Positions 26,439-32,836 of a DNA stretch of 64,000 nt are shown here, one piece after another (position 1 is the first letter of the stretch; every line of letters starts with the position of its first letter). Made by a program: the position numbers and the translations under genes. Location of the stretch: assembly GCA_019234695.1 (NCBI GenBank), contig GCA_019234695.1_3937.1; one strand, written 5' to 3'. The notes under the pieces were generated by a model. The model ran no database searches. It was given only the letters and a program-made list of their open reading frames with translations, and had not been told where the DNA came from. The DNA is from a phage.

Positions 26439-26571
26439 TTACAGAAGACCGTTTACAGCAAAACTTAAACAATCTATTTCTCCGGTAAAGAAAAGGCGAG
26501 GGTTCGATTCCTTCACTCGGCAGATGTCGAGTTGGTGTAATGGTAGCACTTAAGATGATAAACAACGGTCT
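26439..26571 (+). ncRNA. candidate Y RNA (YrlA-like) with permuted tRNA-like module
   Basis: terminal stem AGACCGTT / AACGGTCT; internal order T-arm (GAGGG-TTCGATT-CCTTC), ACTCGGC, 4-nt loop, GTCGAGT, D-arm (GTGTAATGGTAGCAC). Confidence 0.5.
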
Positions 26572-26573
26572 GG

Positions 26574-26716
26574 TAATTATCTTTGTAGATAAGTTATTAA
26601 GCTTACCTGTGAGTATGCGACCACAAAGGGTGAATGGGTAAATTCTAGATTTAAACCCAAAAAGGCACATCGCTACAGACCTTAAGCAAGTCTGGGTAGC
26701 TTATCTACAAAGATAA
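26574..26716 (+). ncRNA. long hairpin element with 18-bp terminal inverted repeat
   Basis: ATTATCTTTGTAGATAAG (26574-26591) is the exact reverse complement of CTTATCTACAAAGATAAT (26699-26716); ~107 nt interior with sub-hairpins. Confidence 0.4.
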
Positions 26717-26720
26717 TTTA

Positions 26721-26796
26721 ATGGAAGTGTAGCAGAATGGTGATGCGGCAGACTTTTAATCTGACAGGCGATGGGTTCGAATCCCTCCACTTCTAC
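26721..26796 (+). tRNA. tRNA-Lys (TTT), weak T-stem
   Basis: anticodon loop CTTTTAA; acceptor GGAAGTG/CACTTCT; T-stem has two mismatches. Confidence 0.55.
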
Positions 26797-26800
26797 CAAT

Positions 26801-26877
26801 ATGGTTCAGTCGCAGATAAGGTAATGCAAGGGTCTCATAAGCCCTATGAATGTGGGTTCGATTCCCATCTGAACCTC
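26801..26877 (+). tRNA. tRNA-Met (CAT)
   Basis: perfect acceptor GGTTCAG/CTGAACC; anticodon arm AGGGT-CTCATAA-GCCCT. Confidence 0.7.
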
Positions 26878-26878
26878 C

Positions 26879-26954
26879 AAGCTGGTATAGTTAAGAAGGT
26901 TATAACACTCCCCTGATAAGGGAACATCGGTGGTTCGATTCCACCTACCAGTAC
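26879..26954 (+). tRNA. tRNA-Ile (GAT)
   Basis: anticodon loop CTGATAA; T-arm GGTGG-TTCGATT-CCACC. Confidence 0.75.
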
Positions 26955-26969
26955 CAATTTCAATAAAGT

Positions 26970-26998
26970 TGTTGACATTGAGATGTGACTACTTTATA
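26970..26998 (+). promoter_or_regulatory. internal sigma70-like promoter within tRNA cluster
   Basis: TTGACA-17-TATAGT after tRNA-Ile; precedes ~200 nt tRNA-free structured segment. Confidence 0.55.
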
Positions 26999-27200
26999 GT
27001 AACCTTAGTTTTCGTTGCGTAGCGTCTATTTTGCAAATTTAAAATAAATGCAAACGACAATGTTTTTCTGGCAGTAGCTTGATAGGCTAAACACCAGTGA
27101 GGTCTTCCAATCCCTCATCAAAGAATTTGGCGTACTCGCCCACGGTATGATTAATAAGGTGGGCATCTTTAAGGGCTTTCTAAGAGAGTCTTTAAAGATA

Positions 27201-27277
27201 ATGCACCCTTAGTTCAATTGGATAGAGCAACGGTCTTCTAAATCGTTAGTTACAGGTTCGAATCCTGTAGGGTGTAC
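27201..27277 (+). tRNA. tRNA-Arg (TCT)
   Basis: anticodon arm ACGGT-CTTCTAA-ATCGT; T-arm ACAGG-TTCGAAT-CCTGT. Confidence 0.8.
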
Positions 27278-27419
27278 CAAATAGTTAGCAGATTACTTAG
27301 ACGGCCTTAGCGGGTCTTCCTGTAGGGAGGTGGTCTGTATCTCATGTTTTCCAGAACATGTAAATAATCTGAGAAGGAGCTTGACAGTGTTGAGATAACA
27401 GGGTAAGCTTCGAATTATA

Positions 27420-27502
27420 ATATGGGACGATGTTAAGACTCTAAGGCATGAGCAACGGCCTCCAAAACCGTTTCAAAGGGGTTCAACTCCTCCGTCCCAT
27501 GC
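27420..27502 (+). tRNA. tRNA-Trp (CCA)-like, atypical
   Basis: perfect acceptor ATGGGAC/GTCCCAT; anticodon loop CTCCAAA; ~7 extra nt between acceptor and D-arm. Confidence 0.45.
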
Positions 27503-27515
27503 CAAAGTCTTATTA

Positions 27516-27603
27516 GGGGTAGGTAGCGGCTAATGGTAGCCAAACTGTCTTGAAAACAGTTGCCACTGTAGAGATACGGTGAGGGTTCGACTCCTTTACT
27601 TAC
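27516..27603 (+). tRNA. tRNA-Ser (TGA), long variable arm
   Basis: anticodon arm ACTGT-CTTGAAA-ACAGT; 20-nt variable arm; CCA not encoded. Confidence 0.75.
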
Positions 27604-27757
27604 CGCCTAATAAGATTTACTCCGTCCATGCTTGTTCGCATTGTCGGTTTATCCCTCGTGTATTGTCGTACACTGTCAAAGCACCTAGTAGGTGTCACGG
27701 AGAAGAGATAATATCAAGCTCTCCAAAGGTTCTAGTCACCGGATTAAACAAGACTAT

Positions 27758-27780
27758 GCAAAGACCTATTTAGGTCTTTT
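27758..27780 (+). terminator. terminator-like hairpin inside tRNA cluster
   Basis: AGACCTA-TT-TAGGTCT followed by TTTTT. Confidence 0.45.
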
Positions 27781-27859
27781 TAGAGGGCTTCTAAGGTTAT
27801 TAGTCGCTTGTTGTGGAACCTTGTTGCTTAGGTTCTTAGAAGTTCTCTAAAAAGATTTA

Positions 27860-27937
27860 ATGGGAGATTGACGGTAATTGGTAAACCTACCATCCTTAGA
27901 AGTTGGTGTTTGAGGGTTCGAATCCCTTGTCTCCTAC
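27860..27937 (+). tRNA. tRNA with anticodon TAG (Leu by anticodon), short variable arm
   Basis: acceptor GGGAGAT/GTCTCCT; anticodon loop CTTAGAA; discriminator A; 5-nt variable region. Confidence 0.5.
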
Positions 27938-27944
27938 CAAATTA

Positions 27945-28020
27945 ATGCAGGTGTAGCAAAATGGTTATGCGGCTGACTCTTAATCAGTAAGACGATGGGT
28001 TCAATTCCCTCCACCTGTAC
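27945..28020 (+). tRNA. tRNA-Lys (CTT), weak T-stem
   Basis: paralog of 26721..26796; anticodon arm GCTGA-CTCTTAA-TCAGT. Confidence 0.55.
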
Positions 28021-28026
28021 CAAACA

Positions 28027-28102
28027 TTGGGGATGTAGTTTACATGGTTAAAACATAAGTTTTGCAAACTTAAGTACAGGGTTCAATTCCCTGCTTCTCC
28101 AC
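28027..28102 (+). tRNA. tRNA-Ala (TGC)
   Basis: anticodon arm TAAGT-TTTGCAA-ACTTA; T-arm CAGGG-TTCAATT-CCCTG. Confidence 0.7.
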
Positions 28103-28108
28103 CAATTA

Positions 28109-28183
28109 GTGCATCCATAGTTTAAACGGGAAAATTACAGTCTTCCAAACTGAGGTTGAGGGTTCGATTCCCTCTGGATGCTC
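28109..28183 (+). tRNA. tRNA-Gly (TCC)
   Basis: perfect acceptor GCATCCA/TGGATGC; anticodon loop CTTCCAA; 75 nt. Confidence 0.7.
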
Positions 28184-28189
28184 CAAACA

Positions 28190-28266
28190 ATGCTGCTTTC
28201 GTATAATTGGCTATTACACATCCCTTGTAAGGATGGAAATGCAGGTTCGAGTCCTGTGAGCAGCAC
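28190..28266 (+). tRNA. tRNA-Thr (TGT)
   Basis: anticodon arm CATCC-CTTGTAA-GGATG; T-arm GCAGG-TTCGAGT-CCTGT. Confidence 0.8.
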
Positions 28267-28269
28267 CAA

Positions 28270-28357
28270 TTCAGAGGTCAAGTGAAAGACCGCTTTGAGT
28301 CAACTGAAGACCGTAACAAATACCACGGAGTTGAGTTAGCGGCACAACTTCAGACCT
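28270..28357 (+). ncRNA. structured hairpin RNA E5 (divergent member)
   Basis: outer stem CAGAGGTC / GACCTCTG; internal CTGAAGACCGTAACAAA resembles the E-family 5-prime motif. Confidence 0.35.
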
Positions 28358-28362
28358 CTTTC

Positions 28363-28437
28363 ATACTCGCTTAGTTTATATGGTAAAACATCACCCTTAC
28401 AAGATGAAGAAAAAGGTTCAAGTCCTTTAGTGAGTAC
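28363..28437 (+). tRNA. tRNA-Val (TAC)
   Basis: anticodon loop CTTACAA; T-arm AAAGG-TTCAAGT-CCTTT. Confidence 0.7.
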
Positions 28438-28438
28438 C

Positions 28439-28516
28439 ATGTTCCAGTATCCCAATTGGCAGAGGATGCAAGCTCAAACCTTGTATTAGTGACGGTTCGA
28501 ATCCGTCTTGGAACAC
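28439..28516 (+). tRNA. tRNA with anticodon CAA (Leu by anticodon), short variable arm
   Basis: acceptor GTTCCAG/TTGGAAC; anticodon arm GCAAG-CTCAAAC-CTTGT; discriminator A. Confidence 0.5.
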
Positions 28517-28521
28517 CAATT

Positions 28522-28597
28522 TTGCAGGATTAGTTCAAATGGAAAGAGCAACAGTCTACGAAGCTGTTAATAGGGGTTCGAATCCCTTATCCTGCGC
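28522..28597 (+). tRNA. tRNA-Arg (ACG)
   Basis: perfect acceptor GCAGGAT/ATCCTGC; anticodon loop CTACGAA. Confidence 0.8.
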
Positions 28598-28616
28598 CAG
28601 ATAAAAAGGTGATACT

Positions 28617-28859
28617 ATGCAAACATTAACAGTAGTTGAACATGAAAACTGTGAGAGTATTGAGTTTGTCAGGGTCATTGGTGTTGAACACCACATTTTC
28701 TTAAAAGTGGGATACTTATGCGACCCCGCTAGAGTAGAAAGATTTATACGTGATTGTTTTGGTGGTAGACATCTGAAGAGTGTTATTTTTGAGACAGTTT
28801 TACCAGAAGGTTTAGAAACGAATAATAACATTTACCTCCTTACGAGGATTAGACAATGA
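28617..28859 (+). CDS. hypothetical small protein embedded in tRNA cluster
   Basis: ORF track; AAAGGTG RBS-like upstream. Confidence 0.4.
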   Translation: MQTLTVVEHENCESIEFVRVIGVEHHIFLKVGYLCDPARVERFIRDCFGGRHLKSVIFETVLPEGLETNNNIYLLTRIRQ

Positions 28860-29413
28860 GATACTTAAAGTATGCTTCATGGATTTTCTTAGCTTTGTTA
28901 GAGCCATTTGCAGCAATCTTAGCAGTTATCTTAGCACCTTTTGTAGTTCCATTCTACAGTGAGAAGAAAGGACACTTACCTTTCGGGTTCAGATGGATGG
29001 AGACATATGACAACCCAATTGATGGTGATGAAGGTCACGTTAAAAGATGGGCTAATATTAGATGGATTGGTAAACTAGGTGTCTACATGCAAAGAGTCGG
29101 ATGGCTCTGGAGAAACAAAGCTTATAACTTCTCTTACCATGTATTAGGAAGAGATGTAAGAGATGTTACTAAGTGGAAAGGTAATATCAACGTAAGTTCT
29201 AACCCTGAAGATAATCAGACTGGTTATCTCCTAATGTGGAACAGTAATGCTTGGGGATTATTCGCTTTTATCCCATCAATTAAAGTCTTCGGTAAACAGT
29301 TTTACTGGAGAATTTATGTTGGATGGAAACTTAAAAGTGTTGTCCCAGAAGAAAGAGCATTCTCAAGGGAAAGAGTTATGTTGGCATTCTTTATTCATCC
29401 ACTGAGAAAGTAA
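28856..29413 (+). CDS. hypothetical membrane protein embedded in tRNA cluster
   Basis: ORF track; hydrophobic N-terminus; 4-nt start/stop overlap with upstream ORF. Confidence 0.5.
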   Translation: MRYLKYASWIFLALLEPFAAILAVILAPFVVPFYSEKKGHLPFGFRWMETYDNPIDGDEGHVKRWANIRWIGKLGVYMQRVGWLWRNKAYNFSYHVLGRDVRDVTKWKGNINVSSNPEDNQTGYLLMWNSNAWGLFAFIPSIKVFGKQFYWRIYVGWKLKSVVPEERAFSRERVMLAFFIHPLRK

Positions 29414-29420
29414 AGATTTA

Positions 29421-29496
29421 AAGGGGATTAGTTTACAAGGTTAAAACCTCGGTCTTTGAAATCGAAGAAGTTGGTTCAATTCCAACATCCCCCGCC
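29421..29496 (+). tRNA. tRNA-Gln (TTG)
   Basis: anticodon arm TCGGT-CTTTGAA-ATCGA; T-arm GTTGG-TTCAATT-CCAAC; weak 1-72 pair. Confidence 0.65.
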
Positions 29497-29498
29497 AA

Positions 29499-29577
29499 TG
29501 CTCCATTACTCCAATTGGCAGAGAGGCCAGACTTAAAATCTGTGTTATGTATCGGTTCGAATCCGATATGGAGTACC
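29499..29577 (+). tRNA. tRNA with anticodon TAA (Leu by anticodon), short variable arm
   Basis: acceptor GCTCCAT/ATGGAGT; anticodon loop CTTAAAA; 7-nt variable region; discriminator A. Confidence 0.5.
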
Positions 29578-29582
29578 AAATT

Positions 29583-29658
29583 TAGCGGTATAGCATAACT
29601 GGCAATGCAGCAGTCTCTGAAGCTGTCCTATTAAGGTTCAAATCCTTATGCCGCTGCC
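29583..29658 (+). tRNA. tRNA-Gln (CTG)
   Basis: D-stem GCAT/ATGC; anticodon loop CTCTGAA; T-arm TAAGG-TTCAAAT-CCTTA. Confidence 0.6.
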
Positions 29659-29689
29659 ACTTCTAAGGATTCTTACGAGAGTCCTTAAA

Positions 29690-29765
29690 TGTGGCCTTAT
29701 CATAAATGGTAATGCCCCATGCTGTGAACATGGTCTATACGGGTTCAAATCCCGTAGGTCACCCC
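29690..29765 (+). tRNA. tRNA-His (GTG)
   Basis: perfect anticodon arm CCATG-CTGTGAA-CATGG; T-arm ACGGG-TTCAAAT-CCCGT. Confidence 0.75.
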
Positions 29766-29771
29766 AATTTA

Positions 29772-29847
29772 TAGTCCAAGTAGCTTATATGGTTAAAGCG
29801 CGTGTCTGAAAAACATGAGAAGAGGGTTCAAATCCCACTGGACTACC
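29772..29847 (+). tRNA. tRNA-Phe (GAA)
   Basis: anticodon loop CTGAAAA; D-stem GCTT/AAGC; acceptor register ambiguous by 1 nt. Confidence 0.65.
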
Positions 29848-29864
29848 AATTTCAAAGGTGCTTA

Positions 29865-30599
29865 ATGAAAGAGATGACAGAACAAGGTAAGGAGATTTTC
29901 AATCTCTTAAAAACCGGTAAAGGGTTTTCTAACCCCCTTATTACTGGTGCAGCAGTTCTCGGTGGAACCGTAGCTGCCTCTACATCACTTGTAAGCTCTA
30001 TTAGCTCTGTATCAGACCCTACAGTAAAGGATAAGCTTGTTGCTGCTGGACTTACAACAGTTCTGCTTAACAGCTTTACCACGAGTCTGACAAGCACTAC
30101 ATCAACTACCAAAACACTAACAGATTACGGTCAAAAGTCCATTGATGAGTTTTCATCACGTATGCAGGTAGCAAAAGGTTACTCTAATGTTATGGGTGCA
30201 GCAGGTGAACAAGTTGGCTGTACACCATTTAGTGGTATTATGGGTGTTGCTACAGAGTATGGTCAAAAAACTATTGATACGATTAACAGTGCACTAGATA
30301 GTGTTAATGGTGTGTTAAGTGACTTACAAGATGCTATTGACAAAGGTCTTGATACTATTTCTGATTTAGCTGAGCAAGCTGTTAGTAAGATTAATGAAGG
30401 TATTTCAAAAATTACAGCTTATGCAGATGAAGTTGTGCAGATGATTGAAGAAGAAGCTGCTCTTATTGCAGAGTACCTTAAAACGAATATCAATGGGTTC
30501 TTAGCAGGTATCTTACCAGACTGGTTTGATGATGCTTGTAAAACTGGTGTAATTGACACTATTGCAACACCAGAAATGAAGAACGCATTACAGAAATAA
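29865..30599 (+). CDS. hypothetical Ser/Thr/Ala-rich protein embedded in tRNA cluster
   Basis: ORF 29802..30599 trimmed to internal ATG at 29865 because upstream part overlaps tRNA-Phe. Confidence 0.5.
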   Translation: MKEMTEQGKEIFNLLKTGKGFSNPLITGAAVLGGTVAASTSLVSSISSVSDPTVKDKLVAAGLTTVLLNSFTTSLTSTTSTTKTLTDYGQKSIDEFSSRMQVAKGYSNVMGAAGEQVGCTPFSGIMGVATEYGQKTIDTINSALDSVNGVLSDLQDAIDKGLDTISDLAEQAVSKINEGISKITAYADEVVQMIEEEAALIAEYLKTNINGFLAGILPDWFDDACKTGVIDTIATPEMKNALQK

Positions 30600-30601
30600 A
30601 T

Positions 30602-30694
30602 GGAAGATTAACCCTAAAAGGTAAGGGAGCAGTTTGCTAAACTGCCAGTAGCTGAGAAATCGGTGTACCAGTTCAAGTCTGGTATCTTCCTCCA
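30602..30694 (+). tRNA. tRNA-Ser (GCT), long variable arm
   Basis: 93 nt; perfect acceptor GGAAGAT/ATCTTCC; perfect anticodon arm GCAGT-TTGCTAA-ACTGC. Confidence 0.8.
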
Positions 30695-30698
30695 ATTT

Positions 30699-30774
30699 GA
30701 ATCCGTGACAGAAACGGCTATGTGCCTGTCTGCAAAACAGGTTTATAAGGGTTCGAGTCCCTTCGGATTCTCCA
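30699..30774 (+). tRNA. tRNA-Cys (GCA)
   Basis: perfect acceptor GAATCCG/CGGATTC; perfect anticodon arm CCTGT-CTGCAAA-ACAGG. Confidence 0.8.
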
Positions 30775-30811
30775 AGTTATTTTACTCTCTCTCAATTAAA
30801 ATAATAATAAT

Positions 30812-30871
30812 GCCCTGCTATAAGTATTCTTCCTTTCGCTACCGAAGAGTATTTTTAGACAGGGCTTTTTT
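30812..30871 (+). terminator. compound hairpin terminator after tRNA-Cys
   Basis: GCCCTG ... CAGGGC with nested hairpin, then TTTTTT. Confidence 0.5.
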
Positions 30872-30926
30872 ACAGAGTTATACTTTATAGGAAGACTTAT
30901 ACAGTATGTCTCTGACGTACATTGTG

Positions 30927-30951
30927 GTTTCTCCTTGACGGTCTCTGTGCC
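30927..30951 (+). terminator. intrinsic terminator
   Basis: GACGG-TCTCTGTG-CCGTC followed by TTTTTT. Confidence 0.55.
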
Positions 30952-30996
30952 GTCTTTTTTAAGGGGAAACATGATTAACTATTTGGAGAAAACATA

Positions 30997-31197
30997 ATGA
31001 GCGAGACCGTTTATAAAGAACTTTATGAAGCTAATAAAAAGCTAGAATTTATGCAGAATACTATCATGGCAATTGCAGACAGATTGTCTGTAGCAACAGG
31101 TATTGATATTAAAGAAGCATCTATGGATGCACTTCTTGATGCTGTTGATGCAAAGTTCGAAGTTAAGAAAGAAGAGACTGCTACAGACTCTGAATAA
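30997..31197 (+). CDS. hypothetical small acidic protein upstream of terminase
   Basis: ORF track; 66 aa; too small to call a small terminase confidently. Confidence 0.4.
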   Translation: MSETVYKELYEANKKLEFMQNTIMAIADRLSVATGIDIKEASMDALLDAVDAKFEVKKEETATDSE

Positions 31198-31218
31198 TTC
31201 TATTTGCGGAGGTGCTTA

Positions 31219-32820
31219 ATGGACTTAAATGCTGTTAAGCAGAAGCGAGTGGAAGATGTTAGGAAAGTCCTAGCTGGAGAGTTGGGGCTTTCTGATGAAG
31301 TAAAAGAAATTATTAAATCATTCGGTAAAGACCCCTCTAAATTCCTTCCAACTCAAATTCTGACTTTATTAAGATACACACCAGACCAAGTTCGCCTTAT
31401 CTTTAAATTGATGACTGATAAGAATTATGTAGCCCCTCAGCCGGGTTCTCAAGAGGTCTTTTTAAATACTAATGCTGACTTGGTTCTCTATGGTGGTGCT
31501 GCGGGTGCTGGTAAGACTGCTGCATTGTTAATGGACTCTTTAAGGTTTATTGATGACCCTAATTATAATGCTGTATATTTCCGTCGAAATACAACACAGC
31601 TACAAGGTGGTTTGTGGCCTGCTGCAAAGAAACTATTTGGTAAGTTTGGTGGGGTTCCTCACGAGCAGAAGATGACTATCACATTCCCTTCTGGGGCAAC
31701 TATCAAGTTTACCTATCTAGAGCTTGAAAAGCACGCTGAAGGTCATCAGGGTATTGAGTATTCAGCTATTTACTTTGACGAAGGTACTCACTTCTCTGCT
31801 TCACAGATTTCATACCTACAGACTCGTCTACGTTCTGGGGCTGAAGGTGATTCATACATGAAGATTTCTATGAACCCAGACAGAGACCACTTTATTTACG
31901 ATTGGGTAGAACCATTCTTAGATGAAGAAGGTTACCCAGACCCTGAAAAGTGTGGTCGTATTCGTTGGTATGTAATGAATGATGGTGTTATGGTTTCTGA
32001 TTGGGAGAGAGACAAGATTCTTGAAATGTTTCCTCTTGAGATTCCTCAAACATATACATTCATCTCTGGTACGATTGATGATAACCCAATTCTTGACTTC
32101 TTAGAACCTAAATATCGTGGTAAGTTGGAAAACAACACCCCTGTAAACGTTGCAAGACTTCGTTTCGGTAACTGGAAGGCTCGTGCAGAAGGTTCAAACT
32201 ATTGGCAAAGACAATGGTGTGAAATTGTTGATTCACTCCCAGAAGATGTATTCGATGTCAGAGCATGGGACTTAGCAGCAACTTTACCATCTGAGATTAA
32301 CCCTAACCCAGACTGGACAGCAGGTGTTAAGATGGGTAAATCTAAAAAAGACGGTTGCTATTATATCATTGATGTAGTAAGATTTAGAGATAGACCCTCT
32401 GGAGTCGAAACACAAATTAATTTGACTGCTGAAAGTGACGGTAAGCGAACTGGTATTTTTATCCCTCAAGACCCAGGCGCTGCTGGTAAATCCTACGCAA
32501 CATCCCTCATCAGGAAACTTGCCGAGAAAGGTTATCGAGCAAGAGCTAAACCAACAAATAAAGACAAAGTTACCCGATTTGCGGGGTTTTCTGCTGCTTC
32601 TGAAGCTGGACTTGTAAAAGTCTTGAGAGGTAGTTGGAACGAAGCTTACTTTCAAGAACTTGAAGGTTTTTGTGGTGATGGTAAAACTAAAGATGACCAA
32701 GTGGATGCTACCAGTGATGCTTTCAACAGTCTTAACGAAGTTAAATTATTCAAGCCACCATCAATGGGTGCTCACACAGACTTAGTGAGAGGAAACCCAT
32801 ATGAGGGGCTTAGACGTTGA
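31219..32820 (+). CDS. terminase large subunit
   Basis: Walker A-like LVLYGGAAGAGKTAAL; size and position before portal; start moved to ATG 31219 after GGAGGTG RBS. Confidence 0.8.
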   Translation: MDLNAVKQKRVEDVRKVLAGELGLSDEVKEIIKSFGKDPSKFLPTQILTLLRYTPDQVRLIFKLMTDKNYVAPQPGSQEVFLNTNADLVLYGGAAGAGKTAALLMDSLRFIDDPNYNAVYFRRNTTQLQGGLWPAAKKLFGKFGGVPHEQKMTITFPSGATIKFTYLELEKHAEGHQGIEYSAIYFDEGTHFSASQISYLQTRLRSGAEGDSYMKISMNPDRDHFIYDWVEPFLDEEGYPDPEKCGRIRWYVMNDGVMVSDWERDKILEMFPLEIPQTYTFISGTIDDNPILDFLEPKYRGKLENNTPVNVARLRFGNWKARAEGSNYWQRQWCEIVDSLPEDVFDVRAWDLAATLPSEINPNPDWTAGVKMGKSKKDGCYYIIDVVRFRDRPSGVETQINLTAESDGKRTGIFIPQDPGAAGKSYATSLIRKLAEKGYRARAKPTNKDKVTRFAGFSAASEAGLVKVLRGSWNEAYFQELEGFCGDGKTKDDQVDATSDAFNSLNEVKLFKPPSMGAHTDLVRGNPYEGLRR

Positions 32821-32836
32821 TAGCTAGGTGAGAAGA

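Noticed and set aside
27379-27419. Promoter using the perfect TATAAT at 27414-27419
   Set aside because: The -10 abuts the first nucleotide of the Trp-like tRNA, leaving no room for a start site, and the best -35 partner is mis-spaced
25561-30774. tRNA cluster as a prophage integration site, or presence of integrase/attachment sites
   Set aside because: No integrase, recombinase or transposase-like ORF anywhere in the window; the cluster is phage-encoded and internally promoted
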